Origin: Escherichia coli
Lineage (GTDB): Bacteria; Pseudomonadota; Gammaproteobacteria; Enterobacterales; Enterobacteriaceae
Assembly: GCF_003334335.1 (NCBI RefSeq)
Contig: NZ_QOWQ01000037.1
Direction: 5' to 3' (one strand)
Length of the DNA: 41,651 nucleotides
A program made the position numbers and the translations under genes. Positions 1 through 9,817 of this stretch are shown piece after piece; position 1 is the stretch's first letter; every line of letters begins with the position of its first letter. The notes below the pieces were generated by a model that worked only from the letters and a program-made list of their open reading frames with translations, ran no database searches and had not been told where the DNA came from.

Positions 1-103
1 GCTGAACTGTTGCTGGAAGACTACAAAGCCTCCCTGAAATATCTCAGCGATCACCCGAAACTGCAGGGTATTGCCCAACAGAACAGCTTTAAACATACCT
101 GAT
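1..103 (+). CDS. gadB: Glutamate decarboxylase beta, 3' end only (last 33 codons; gene starts upstream of window)
   Basis: Frame 1 translates to [33 protein letters not shown] then TGA at 101-103, which I recognise as the GadB C-terminus; gadC follows immediately as in the gadBC operon. Confidence 0.9.
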
Positions 104-122
104 AACGTTTAACGGTAACGGT

Positions 123-148
123 GTCCCGAAACGAACCCGTTTCGGGAC
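123..148 (+). other. Perfect 10-bp stem / 6-nt loop hairpin in the gadB-gadC intergenic region
   Basis: gtcccgaaac-gaaccc-gtttcgggac read directly; not followed by a T-run, so more likely a partial terminator or mRNA processing/stability element than a full terminator. Confidence 0.5.
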
Positions 149-257
149 AATTTCCAAAGTCTGTTCACTGGCATTAGCAACGGAAAATATTGTTCTGAAT
201 ACGCTTCAGAACAAAACAGGTGCGGTTCCGACAGGAATACCGTTTTAGGGGGATAAT

Positions 258-1793
258 ATGGCTACATCAGTACAGACAGGTAAAGCTAAGCAGCTCACAT
301 TACTTGGATTCTTTGCCATAACGGCATCGATGGTAATGGCTGTTTATGAATACCCTACCTTCGCAACATCGGGCTTTTCATTAGTCTTCTTCCTGCTATT
401 AGGCGGGATTTTATGGTTTATTCCCGTGGGACTTTGTGCTGCGGAAATGGCCACCGTCGACGGCTGGGAAGAAGGTGGTGTCTTCGCCTGGGTATCAAAT
501 ACTCTGGGGCCGAGATGGGGATTTGCAGCGATCTCATTTGGCTATCTGCAAATCGCCATTGGTTTTATTCCGATGCTCTATTTCGTGTTAGGGGCACTCT
601 CCTACATCCTGAAATGGCCAGCGCTGAATGAAGACCCCATTACCAAAACTATTGCAGCACTCATCATTCTTTGGGCGCTGGCATTAACGCAGTTTGGTGG
701 CACGAAATACACGGCGCGAATTGCTAAAGTTGGCTTCTTCGCCGGTATCCTGTTACCTGCATTTATTTTGATCGCATTAGCGGCTATTTATCTGCACTCC
801 GGTGCCCCCGTTGCTATCGAAATGGATTCGAAGACCTTCTTCCCTGACTTCTCTAAAGTGGGCACCCTGGTAGTATTTGTTGCCTTCATTTTGAGTTATA
901 TGGGCGTAGAAGCATCCGCAACCCACGTCAATGAAATGAGCAACCCAGGGCGCGACTATCCGTTGGCTATGTTACTGCTGATGGTGGCGGCAATCTGCTT
1001 AAGCTCTGTTGGTGGTTTGTCTATTGCGATGGTCATTCCGGGTAATGAAATCAACCTCTCCGCAGGGGTAATGCAAACCTTTACCGTTCTGATGTCCCAT
1101 GTGGCACCAGAAATTGAGTGGACGGTTCGCGTGATCTCCGCACTGCTGTTGCTGGGTGTTCTGGCGGAAATCGCCTCCTGGATTGTTGGTCCTTCTCGCG
1201 GGATGTATGTCACAGCGCAGAAAAACCTGCTGCCAGCGGCATTCGCTAAAATGAACAAAAATGGCGTACCGGTAACGCTGGTCATTTCGCAGCTGGTGAT
1301 TACGTCTATCGCGTTGATCATCCTCACCAATACCGGTGGCGGTAACAACATGTCCTTCCTGATCGCACTGGCGCTGACGGTGGTGATTTATCTGTGTGCT
1401 TATTTCATGCTGTTTATTGGCTACATTGTGTTGGTTCTTAAACATCCTGACTTAAAACGCACATTTAATATCCCTGGTGGTAAAGGGGTGAAACTGGTCG
1501 TGGCAATTGTCGGTCTGCTGACTTCAATTATGGCGTTTATTGTTTCCTTCCTGCCGCCGGATAACATCCAGGGTGATTCTACCGATATGTATGTTGAATT
1601 ACTGGTTGTTAGTTTCCTGGTGGTACTTGCCCTGCCCTTTATTCTCTATGCTGTTCATGATCGTAAAGGCAAAGCAAATACCGGCGTCACTCTGGAGCCA
1701 ATCAACAGTCAGAACGCACCAAAAGGTCACTTCTTCCTGCACCCGCGTGCACGTTCACCACACTATATTGTGATGAATGACAAGAAACACTAA
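258..1793 (+). CDS. gadC: Glutamate:GABA antiporter (APC family), acid resistance
   Basis: 511-aa ORF, multi-pass hydrophobic protein; sequence recognised as GadC (XasA); lies directly downstream of gadB. Confidence 0.95.
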   Translation: MATSVQTGKAKQLTLLGFFAITASMVMAVYEYPTFATSGFSLVFFLLLGGILWFIPVGLCAAEMATVDGWEEGGVFAWVSNTLGPRWGFAAISFGYLQIAIGFIPMLYFVLGALSYILKWPALNEDPITKTIAALIILWALALTQFGGTKYTARIAKVGFFAGILLPAFILIALAAIYLHSGAPVAIEMDSKTFFPDFSKVGTLVVFVAFILSYMGVEASATHVNEMSNPGRDYPLAMLLLMVAAICLSSVGGLSIAMVIPGNEINLSAGVMQTFTVLMSHVAPEIEWTVRVISALLLLGVLAEIASWIVGPSRGMYVTAQKNLLPAAFAKMNKNGVPVTLVISQLVITSIALIILTNTGGGNNMSFLIALALTVVIYLCAYFMLFIGYIVLVLKHPDLKRTFNIPGGKGVKLVVAIVGLLTSIMAFIVSFLPPDNIQGDSTDMYVELLVVSFLVVLALPFILYAVHDRKGKANTGVTLEPINSQNAPKGHFFLHPRARSPHYIVMNDKKH

Positions 1794-1817
1794 CCATGTC
1801 TGAATGGTTATAAGACA

Positions 1818-1846
1818 AGGGAGCGATAATTCATCGCTCCCTTTTT
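1818..1846 (+). terminator. Rho-independent terminator after gadC
   Basis: agggagcgat / atcgctccct 10-bp stem, 5-nt loop, followed by a T5 run. Confidence 0.7.
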
Positions 1847-1923
1847 CGTGCTTGCTGTCGTATTGACTTAACGGGGATAAGTACGAGAATGAGCGCACAT
1901 CTGTTTACCGGAAACCAGCACAT

Positions 1924-3243
1924 ATGGATATCTGCTCCCGAAACAAGAAATTAACGATTAGAAGACCAGCGATACTAGTTGCACTGGCACTTTTACTGTG
2001 TAGTTGTAAAAGCACGCCTCCAGAGTCCATGGTGACACCACCAGCAGGTTCAAAGCCACCAGCCACGACGCAACAATCGTCACAACCGATGCGTGGCATC
2101 TGGCTGGCCACGGTTTCTCGGCTCGACTGGCCACCGGTTTCCTCGGTTAACATTAGTAACCCCACCAGCCGGGCCCGTGTACAACAACAGGCGATGATCG
2201 ACAAACTGGATCATCTGCAACGTCTCGGCATAAACACGGTCTTTTTCCAGGTCAAGCCGGACGGTACCGCCCTGTGGCCATCGAAAATTTTGCCGTGGTC
2301 CGATCTTATGACCGGTAAGATTGGTGAAAATCCGGGTTACGATCCGCTGCAATTTATGCTCGACGAAGCCCACAAGCGTGGGATGAAAGTACACGCCTGG
2401 TTTAACCCCTATCGCGTATCGGTTAATACGAAGCCCAGTACTATCAGGGAACTGAATAGCACTCTGTCTCAACAACCGGCGAGCGTCTATGTGCAACACC
2501 GCGACTGGATCAGAACGTCTGGCGATCGCTTTGTCCTCGACCCGGGCATCCCTGAGGTTCAGGACTGGATCACATCAATAGTCGCAGAAGTGGTTTCCCG
2601 CTATCCCGTAGATGGCGTGCAGTTTGACGACTATTTCTATACGGAGTCACCGGGTTCACGGCTAAATGATAACGAAACGTACCGTAAATACGGAGGCGCA
2701 TTTGCGTCAAAAGCAGACTGGCGGCGCAACAATACTCAGCAGTTAATTGCAAAGGTATCGCACACCATTAAAAGCATTAAGCCGGGAGTCGAATTTGGTG
2801 TTAGCCCGGCAGGCGTGTGGCGTAACCGATCACACGATCCGCTCGGTTCCGATACCCGAGGCGCGGCAGCCTATGACGAATCCTACGCTGACACCCGTCG
2901 ATGGGTGGAACAAGGATTGCTGGATTACATTGCTCCCCAAATTTACTGGCCGTTCTCACGGAGTGCCGCGCGTTATGACGTGTTGGCAAAATGGTGGGCG
3001 GATGTCGTTAAACCGACCAGGACCCGCCTGTATATCGGTATCGCCTTCTATAAAGTGGGTGAACCTTCAAAGATAGAGCCAGACTGGATGATTAACGGCG
3101 GCGTACCGGAACTGAAAAAGCAGCTCGATCTTAACGATGCTGTGCCCGAAATTAGCGGCACCATCTTGTTCCGTGAGGACTATCTGAATAAACCGCAGAC
3201 TCAACAAGCGGTCAGCTATCTGCAAAGTCGCTGGGGCAGTTAA
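1924..3243 (+). CDS. yddW: Putative lipoprotein, glycoside-hydrolase-like (YddW)
   Basis: 439-aa ORF; N-terminus has a signal peptide ending in a Cys-containing lipobox-like segment (ALLLCSCK); recognised as YddW from position and sequence. Confidence 0.85.
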   Translation: MDICSRNKKLTIRRPAILVALALLLCSCKSTPPESMVTPPAGSKPPATTQQSSQPMRGIWLATVSRLDWPPVSSVNISNPTSRARVQQQAMIDKLDHLQRLGINTVFFQVKPDGTALWPSKILPWSDLMTGKIGENPGYDPLQFMLDEAHKRGMKVHAWFNPYRVSVNTKPSTIRELNSTLSQQPASVYVQHRDWIRTSGDRFVLDPGIPEVQDWITSIVAEVVSRYPVDGVQFDDYFYTESPGSRLNDNETYRKYGGAFASKADWRRNNTQQLIAKVSHTIKSIKPGVEFGVSPAGVWRNRSHDPLGSDTRGAAAYDESYADTRRWVEQGLLDYIAPQIYWPFSRSAARYDVLAKWWADVVKPTRTRLYIGIAFYKVGEPSKIEPDWMINGGVPELKKQLDLNDAVPEISGTILFREDYLNKPQTQQAVSYLQSRWGS

Positions 3244-3260
3244 ACTCCCATTCTTACTTT

Positions 3261-3295
3261 GTAACAAGCCGGTGCTTTACCCACCGGCTTGTTAC
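3261..3295 (+). terminator. Strong hairpin after yddW (14-bp perfect stem)
   Basis: gtaacaagccggtg / caccggcttgttac with a 7-nt loop; downstream T-run is weak, so terminator function is inferred. Confidence 0.5.
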
Positions 3296-3606
3296 CCTCT
3301 TAAACTATCCCACTAATAATCATGCTTACTTAAGTCAAATTAACCACACTTAGTTAAACAGCCATAAATCCCTAATAAAAATGTATGAATATGAAAAACC
3401 ATACGATATTCGCTGTCACCGAAAAATAATTACGATGGGCTATACTCTTCTGAAGAACAGTAGCGTAGATTGAAACTGTCCTAAATCGCTTATTTCTTTT
3501 CAGTATATCTTCATATTTCAGGAGAATATGGTGCAGTTAGTCGATCTCGCACGTTGCGTTTCATTTTGATTCCGTCTGATTTCCCAGCCTTATAAGGGTG
3601 TGAATT

Positions 3607-4989
3607 ATGGAGATGTATTTTAAAAGAATGAAAGATGAGTGGACCGGACTTGTCGAACAGGCAGATCCGCCCATTCGTGCTAAAGCCGCGGAAATTGCCG
3701 TTGCGCATGCTCATTATCTGAGTATCGAGTTTTATCGAATTGTCCGCATCGACCCGCATGCCGAAGAATTCTTGAGTAATGAACAAGTTGAGCGGCAGTT
3801 GAAGAGTGCGATGGAACGCTGGATTATTAACGTGCTTTCTGCCCAGGTTGACGATGTCGAAAGGCTAATACAAATCCAGCATACCGTCGCGGAAGTGCAT
3901 GCCCGCATAGGAATTCCGGTAGAAATTGTCGAGATGGGGTTTCGGGTGCTGAAAAAAATCCTCTATCCGGTGATCTTCTCTTCGGATTATTCCGCCGCAG
4001 AAAAACTTCAGGTCTACCATTTCTCGATTAACAGTATTGATATCGCGATGGAAGTGATGACTCGCGCGTTTACCTTTAGTGACAGTAGTGCCTCAAAGGA
4101 AGATGAAAACTATCGTATCTTCTCGTTACTGGAAAACGCCGAAGAAGAAAAAGAACGACAAATAGCCTCAATACTTTCATGGGAAATAGATATTATCTAT
4201 AAAATCCTGCTGGATTCTGATTTAGGCAGTAGTTTGCCTTTAAGCCAGGCTGATTTTGGCCTGTGGTTTAACCATAAAGGTCGACATTATTTTAGTGGTA
4301 TTGCCGAAGTAGGCCATATCTCCCGTCTGATTCAGGATTTCGACGGTATTTTCAATCAAACCATGCGTAACACCAGAAATTTGAATAACAGAAGTCTGCG
4401 GGTGAAATTTTTATTACAGATAAGAAATACCGTATCGCAAATTATTACCTTGCTGCGTGAATTGTTTGAAGAAGTATCGCGCCACGAAGTCGGTATGGAT
4501 GTACTGACGAAATTACTTAACCGCCGTTTCCTACCGACTATCTTCAAACGCGAAATTGCCCATGCCAACCGGACCGGTACACCGCTGTCAGTGCTGATTA
4601 TTGACGTTGATAAATTCAAAGAGATCAACGATACGTGGGGCCATAACACTGGTGATGAAATTCTGCGTAAAGTCTCTCAGGCCTTTTATGACAACGTCCG
4701 CAGTAGTGATTATGTTTTCCGCTACGGGGGCGATGAATTTATCATTGTTTTGACTGAAGCTTCTGAAAACGAAACGTTACGTACCGCAGAACGTATTCGC
4801 AGTCGGGTGGAGAAAACCAAACTGAAAGCCGCAAACGGCGAAGATATTGCCCTCTCACTTTCCATCGGTGCCGCCATGTTTAATGGTCATCCTGACTATG
4901 AGCGCCTCATTCAAATAGCCGATGAAGCTCTGTATATCGCCAAAAGACGAGGTAGAAACCGTGTTGAACTCTGGAAAGCCAGTCTTTAG
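3607..4989 (+). CDS. dosC: Diguanylate cyclase with globin-coupled haem O2 sensor domain
   Basis: 460-aa ORF; C-terminal GGDEF domain with the GGDEF motif itself (RYGGDEFIIV); size and context match DosC (YddV). Confidence 0.9.
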   Translation: MEMYFKRMKDEWTGLVEQADPPIRAKAAEIAVAHAHYLSIEFYRIVRIDPHAEEFLSNEQVERQLKSAMERWIINVLSAQVDDVERLIQIQHTVAEVHARIGIPVEIVEMGFRVLKKILYPVIFSSDYSAAEKLQVYHFSINSIDIAMEVMTRAFTFSDSSASKEDENYRIFSLLENAEEEKERQIASILSWEIDIIYKILLDSDLGSSLPLSQADFGLWFNHKGRHYFSGIAEVGHISRLIQDFDGIFNQTMRNTRNLNNRSLRVKFLLQIRNTVSQIITLLRELFEEVSRHEVGMDVLTKLLNRRFLPTIFKREIAHANRTGTPLSVLIIDVDKFKEINDTWGHNTGDEILRKVSQAFYDNVRSSDYVFRYGGDEFIIVLTEASENETLRTAERIRSRVEKTKLKAANGEDIALSLSIGAAMFNGHPDYERLIQIADEALYIAKRRGRNRVELWKASL

Positions 4990-5013
4990 ATGCGCCAGGA
5001 TGCAGAGGTAATC

Positions 5014-7413
5014 ATGAAGCTAACCGATGCGGATAATGCCGCCGATGGCATTTTTTTCCCCGCCCTTGAGCAAAATATGATGGGTGCGGTGTTAATTAAC
5101 GAAAATGATGAAGTGATGTTTTTCAACCCCGCCGCAGAGAAGCTCTGGGGATACAAACGTGAAGAAGTCATTGGCAATAACATTGATATGCTGATTCCGC
5201 GGGATTTGCGTCCTGCGCATCCTGAATACATTCGTCACAACCGTGAAGGCGGTAAAGCGCGTGTTGAGGGGATGAGTCGGGAGCTGCAGCTGGAGAAAAA
5301 AGACGGCAGTAAAATCTGGACCCGTTTTGCGCTATCGAAAGTGAGCGCCGAGGGGAAAGTTTATTACCTGGCGCTGGTACGGGATGCCAGCGTAGAAATG
5401 GCGCAAAAAGAACAGACCCGACAATTGATTATTGCCGTTGACCATCTCGACCGACCGGTGATTGTCCTCGATCCGGAACGCCATATTGTGCAGTGCAATC
5501 GCGCATTTACCGAAATGTTTGGTTACTGCATTAGCGAAGCCAGCGGTATGCAGCCCGATACACTCCTGAACATTCCTGAATTCCCTGCCGATAACCGCAT
5601 TCGTTTACAACAGTTGCTATGGAAAACCGCCCGCGATCAGGACGAATTTCTGCTGTTGACGCGCACCGGTGAAAAAATCTGGATTAAAGCCTCTATCAGC
5701 CCGGTTTATGACGTGCTCGCGCATCTGCAGAACCTGGTAATGACTTTCTCGGATATCACCGAAGAACGGCAGATTCGCCAGCTTGAAGGCAATATTCTCG
5801 CCGCCATGTGCAGCAGCCCGCCATTTCATGAAATGGGGGAAATCATTTGTCGTAACATCGAATCTGTACTCAACGAATCGCATGTTTCGCTGTTCGCACT
5901 GCGCAACGGGATGCCGATACACTGGGCGTCATCTTCCCACGGTGCAGAAATTCAAAATGCGCAAAGCTGGTCAGCGACCATTCGTCAGCGTGATGGCGCG
6001 CCTGCGGGGATCCTGCAAATTAAAACCTCGTCAGGAGCAGAAACCAGCGCCTTTATCGAACGCGTGGCAGATATCAGCCAGCATATGGCCGCGCTGGCGC
6101 TGGAACAGGAAAAAAGCCGTCAGCATATTGAACAACTCATCCAATTTGATCCGATGACCGGTCTGCCAAATCGCAATAACCTGCACAATTACCTCGATGA
6201 CCTGGTCGACAAAGCCGTCTCTCCCGTGGTGTATCTCATCGGTGTTGACCATATTCAGGATGTGATTGATAGCCTTGGCTATGCGTGGGCCGATCAGGCA
6301 TTGCTGGAAGTGGTCAATCGCTTTCGTGAAAAACTCAAACCGGATCAGTATCTCTGTCGTATCGAAGGTACGCAGTTTGTCCTCGTGAGCCTCGAAAACG
6401 ACGTCAGTAACATTACCCAAATCGCCGATGAGCTACGGAATGTGGTCAGCAAGCCGATAATGATTGACGATAAACCCTTCCCGCTTACCTTGAGTATTGG
6501 CATCAGCTACGACCTGGGTAAAAACCGCGATTACTTGCTCTCCACTGCTCACAATGCAATGGATTATATTCGCAAGAATGGCGGTAACGGCTGGCAGTTC
6601 TTCAGCCCGGCGATGAACGAAATGGTAAAAGAGCGTTTGGTTTTAGGCGCAGCGCTGAAAGAAGCGATTAGCAATAACCAACTGAAACTGGTTTACCAGC
6701 CGCAAATCTTCGCAGAAACGGGTGAACTGTACGGCATCGAAGCCCTTGCTCGCTGGCACGATCCCCTGCATGGTCATGTGCCCCCTTCACGGTTTATTCC
6801 TCTCGCAGAAGAGATTGGTGAAATCGAAAATATTGGGCGCTGGGTCATCGCGGAAGCTTGCCGTCAGTTAGCAGAATGGCGTAGCCAGAATATTCATATC
6901 CCGGCGTTATCCGTGAACTTGTCGGCGCTGCACTTTCGCAGTAATCAACTGCCTAATCAGGTGTCTGATGCAATGCACGCCTGGGGTATTGACGGCCACC
7001 AGCTGACGGTAGAAATCACGGAAAGCATGATGATGGAACACGATACCGAAATCTTTAAGCGCATTCAGATCCTGCGTGATATGGGCGTGGGCTTATCGGT
7101 AGATGATTTTGGTACGGGCTTTTCCGGATTATCCCGCTTAGTCAGTCTTCCGGTAACGGAAATCAAAATTGACAAAAGTTTTGTCGATCGTTGTCTGACC
7201 GAAAAACGCATCCTTGCCTTACTTGAAGCCATTACCAGCATTGGGCAAAGCCTCAATTTAACCGTCGTGGCGGAAGGCGTCGAAACCAAAGAGCAATTTG
7301 AGATGCTACGCAAGATCCACTGTCGCGTTATTCAGGGATATTTCTTTTCCCGCCCCCTACCCGCCGAAGAAATTCCAGGCTGGATGAGCAGCGTGTTACC
7401 GCTGAAAATCTGA
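5014..7413 (+). CDS. dosP: c-di-GMP phosphodiesterase with haem-PAS sensor (PAS-PAS-GGDEF-EAL)
   Basis: ORF track starts at 4990, but the product begins MKLTDADNAADGIFF at the ATG at 5014, preceded by a gaggta RBS; 799 aa. The dosC stop (4987-4989) abuts the upstream ATG, consistent with co-transcription. Confidence 0.9.
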   Translation: MKLTDADNAADGIFFPALEQNMMGAVLINENDEVMFFNPAAEKLWGYKREEVIGNNIDMLIPRDLRPAHPEYIRHNREGGKARVEGMSRELQLEKKDGSKIWTRFALSKVSAEGKVYYLALVRDASVEMAQKEQTRQLIIAVDHLDRPVIVLDPERHIVQCNRAFTEMFGYCISEASGMQPDTLLNIPEFPADNRIRLQQLLWKTARDQDEFLLLTRTGEKIWIKASISPVYDVLAHLQNLVMTFSDITEERQIRQLEGNILAAMCSSPPFHEMGEIICRNIESVLNESHVSLFALRNGMPIHWASSSHGAEIQNAQSWSATIRQRDGAPAGILQIKTSSGAETSAFIERVADISQHMAALALEQEKSRQHIEQLIQFDPMTGLPNRNNLHNYLDDLVDKAVSPVVYLIGVDHIQDVIDSLGYAWADQALLEVVNRFREKLKPDQYLCRIEGTQFVLVSLENDVSNITQIADELRNVVSKPIMIDDKPFPLTLSIGISYDLGKNRDYLLSTAHNAMDYIRKNGGNGWQFFSPAMNEMVKERLVLGAALKEAISNNQLKLVYQPQIFAETGELYGIEALARWHDPLHGHVPPSRFIPLAEEIGEIENIGRWVIAEACRQLAEWRSQNIHIPALSVNLSALHFRSNQLPNQVSDAMHAWGIDGHQLTVEITESMMMEHDTEIFKRIQILRDMGVGLSVDDFGTGFSGLSRLVSLPVTEIKIDKSFVDRCLTEKRILALLEAITSIGQSLNLTVVAEGVETKEQFEMLRKIHCRVIQGYFFSRPLPAEEIPGWMSSVLPLKI

Positions 7414-7610
7414 CAAATTCCTCTCGCCCGCACTCGCGGGTTTTCATTTAACGTGACACTGTCACTTAAATACTGTGATTTCAGCTACGATTCCGGGAGA
7501 TTCCTTCCTTAACTTCCCCTCTTGCACCAAAACTGCACTACGCTGCACAAATGTTGATCAAAAGTTAAAAAATATAACTTTAAGCCAGCATTCTGGCGCT
7601 TATCCCGGCA

Positions 7611-7626
7611 TGGCATGAGATCTGCA
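7611..7626 (+). promoter_or_regulatory. Candidate sigma54 (-24/-12) promoter for the ddp operon
   Basis: TGGCAT-N7-TGCA with GG and GC 12 nt apart, about 45 nt upstream of the ddpX ATG; fits my recollection that ddpXABCDF is nitrogen-regulated. Not experimentally mapped here. Confidence 0.45.
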
Positions 7627-7670
7627 TAAGCGGAAAGCGCAGCAATTTTTGTCTTATACAGGAACCGTTT

Positions 7671-8252
7671 ATGTCGGATACCACCGAACTGGTTGATTTA
7701 GCCGTAATCTTCCCTGATCTGGAGATCGAATTGAAATACGCCTGCGCTGATAACATCACAGGTAAAGCTATTTATCAGCAAGCGCGTTGTCTGTTACACA
7801 AGGATGCGATTACCGCGCTGGCGAAAAGTATCAGCATCGCCCAGCTGTCAGGGTTACAACTGGTGATTTACGATGCGTATCGCCCACAACAAGCACAGGC
7901 GATGTTGTGGCAAGCCTGCCCAGACCCGCAATATGTTGTTGATGTGACGGTCGGTTCTAATCACAGCCGTGGCACGGCGATCGACCTGACGCTTCGTGAT
8001 GAGCACGGGAACATCCTCGATATGGGCGCAGGGTTCGATGAAATGCACGAGCGCTCCCATGCCTATCACCCTTCCGTCCCGCCCGCCGCTCAGCGCAATC
8101 GGCTGTTGCTGAATGCGATAATGACTGGTGGCGGTTTTGTCGGTATCTCCAGCGAATGGTGGCACTTCGAATTACCCCAGGCAGCGAGTTACCCTCTGCT
8201 CGCTGATCAATTCTCTTGTTTTATATCCCCTGGCACACAGCACGTCAGTTAA
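7671..8252 (+). CDS. ddpX: D-Ala-D-Ala dipeptidase (VanX homologue)
   Basis: 193-aa ORF; recognised as DdpX from sequence, with the zinc-peptidase SxHxxGxAxD motif (SNHSRGTAID). Confidence 0.9.
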   Translation: MSDTTELVDLAVIFPDLEIELKYACADNITGKAIYQQARCLLHKDAITALAKSISIAQLSGLQLVIYDAYRPQQAQAMLWQACPDPQYVVDVTVGSNHSRGTAIDLTLRDEHGNILDMGAGFDEMHERSHAYHPSVPPAAQRNRLLLNAIMTGGGFVGISSEWWHFELPQAASYPLLADQFSCFISPGTQHVS

Positions 8253-8265
8253 TCAGGAAACTGTC

Positions 8266-9816
8266 ATGAAGAGATCGATATCGTTTCGTCCCACATTGCT
8301 CGCGCTCGTCCTTGCCACAAATTTCCCGGTTGCGCACGCCGCCGTACCAAAAGATATGCTGGTGATTGGTAAGGCCGCCGATCCACAAACCCTCGACCCG
8401 GCGGTAACAATAGATAATAACGACTGGACAGTGACCTACCCGTCTTATCAGCGGCTGGTTCAGTACAAAACGGACGGTGATAAAGGCTCAACCGACGTTG
8501 AAGGCGATCTGGCAAGTAGCTGGAAAGCGTCTGACGATCAAAAAGAGTGGACGTTCACCCTGAAAGATAATGCTAAATTTGCCGATGGCACACCTGTCAC
8601 TGCCGAAGCAGTAAAACTTTCTTTTGAGCGGCTACTAAAAATCGGCCAGGGGCCAGCAGAAGCATTTCCCAAAGATTTAAAGATTGATGCTCCCGACGAA
8701 CATACGGTGAAGTTTACCCTTAGCCAACCATTCGCACCGTTCCTCTACACGCTGGCGAATGACGGTGCATCCATTATCAATCCGGCGGTCTTAAAGGAAC
8801 ATGCAGCGGATGATGCTCGCGGCTTCCTCGCGCAAAATACCGCCGGTTCCGGACCATTTATGCTGAAAAGCTGGCAAAAAGGTCAGCAATTAGTTCTGGT
8901 GCCAAATCCGCATTACCCAGGCAATAAACCGAACTTCAAACGGGTATCGGTAAAAATTATTGGTGAAAGTGCCTCCCGTCGCCTGCAGCTCTCCCGTGGC
9001 GACATTGACATTGCCGATGCGCTGCCGGTGGATCAACTCAACGCCCTGAAGCAGGAAAATAAAGTCAATGTGGCAGAGTATCCGTCACTGCGCGTTACCT
9101 ATCTGTATCTGAATAACAGCAAAGCGCCTCTTAATCAGGCGGATCTGCGTCGGGCCATTTCCTGGTCTACCGATTATCAGGGCATGGTTAACGGCATTCT
9201 GAGTGGTAACGGAAAACAGATGCGCGGCCCGATTCCGGAAGGCATGTGGGGCTACGATGCGACGGCAATGCAATACAACCATGACGAAACGAAAGCCAAA
9301 GCCGAATGGGATAAAGTGACGAGCAAACCCACCAGCCTGACGTTTCTCTACTCCGATAACGATCCGAACTGGGAGCCTATTGCTCTGGCGACACAATCCA
9401 GTCTCAACAAGCTGGGCATCATTGTGAAGCTGGAAAAGCTGGCGAACGCCACCATGCGCGACAGAGTGGGTAAAGGTGATTACGACATTGCGATTGGCAA
9501 CTGGAGTCCGGATTTTGCCGACCCGTATATGTTTATGAATTACTGGTTTGAGTCAGACAAAAAAGGTCTGCCGGGTAACCGCTCGTTCTATGAAAACAGT
9601 GAGGTCGATAAGTTACTGCGCAATGCGCTTGCGACCACCGACCAGACGCAGCGTACCCGGGACTACCAGCAGGCACAGAAAATCGTCATTGATGACGCTG
9701 CTTATGTGTACCTGTTCCAGAAAAACTACCAACTGGCGATGAACAAAGAGGTGAAAGGCTTTGTGTTCAATCCCATGCTGGAACAGGTCTTCAATATCAA
9801 TACCATGAGTAAATAA
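8266..9816 (+). CDS. ddpA: Periplasmic dipeptide-binding protein of ABC transporter
   Basis: ORF track starts at 8128 inside ddpX; the real start is the ATG at 8266 (MKRSISFRPTLLALVLATNFPVAHA signal peptide), giving 516 aa. Family 5 solute-binding protein. Confidence 0.9.
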   Translation: MKRSISFRPTLLALVLATNFPVAHAAVPKDMLVIGKAADPQTLDPAVTIDNNDWTVTYPSYQRLVQYKTDGDKGSTDVEGDLASSWKASDDQKEWTFTLKDNAKFADGTPVTAEAVKLSFERLLKIGQGPAEAFPKDLKIDAPDEHTVKFTLSQPFAPFLYTLANDGASIINPAVLKEHAADDARGFLAQNTAGSGPFMLKSWQKGQQLVLVPNPHYPGNKPNFKRVSVKIIGESASRRLQLSRGDIDIADALPVDQLNALKQENKVNVAEYPSLRVTYLYLNNSKAPLNQADLRRAISWSTDYQGMVNGILSGNGKQMRGPIPEGMWGYDATAMQYNHDETKAKAEWDKVTSKPTSLTFLYSDNDPNWEPIALATQSSLNKLGIIVKLEKLANATMRDRVGKGDYDIAIGNWSPDFADPYMFMNYWFESDKKGLPGNRSFYENSEVDKLLRNALATTDQTQRTRDYQQAQKIVIDDAAYVYLFQKNYQLAMNKEVKGFVFNPMLEQVFNINTMSK

Positions 9817-9817
9817 C

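Noticed and set aside
999-1445. Minus-strand ORFs of 148 aa and 131 aa inside gadC
   Set aside because: Embedded antisense within a well-supported membrane-transporter gene; no independent evidence of coding.
4990-5013. Earlier ATG for dosP at 4990, abutting the dosC stop
   Set aside because: The ATG at 5014 is preceded by a good RBS (gaggta) and matches the recognised DosP N-terminus; the 8-codon extension is probably untranslated, though it cannot be excluded from sequence alone.
8128-8265. Upstream extension of ddpA in the ORF track (start at 8128, overlapping ddpX)
   Set aside because: The extension has no signal peptide and overlaps the ddpX coding sequence; the ATG at 8266 gives a canonical signal peptide (MKRSISFRPTLLALVLATNFPVAHA) and the expected length.
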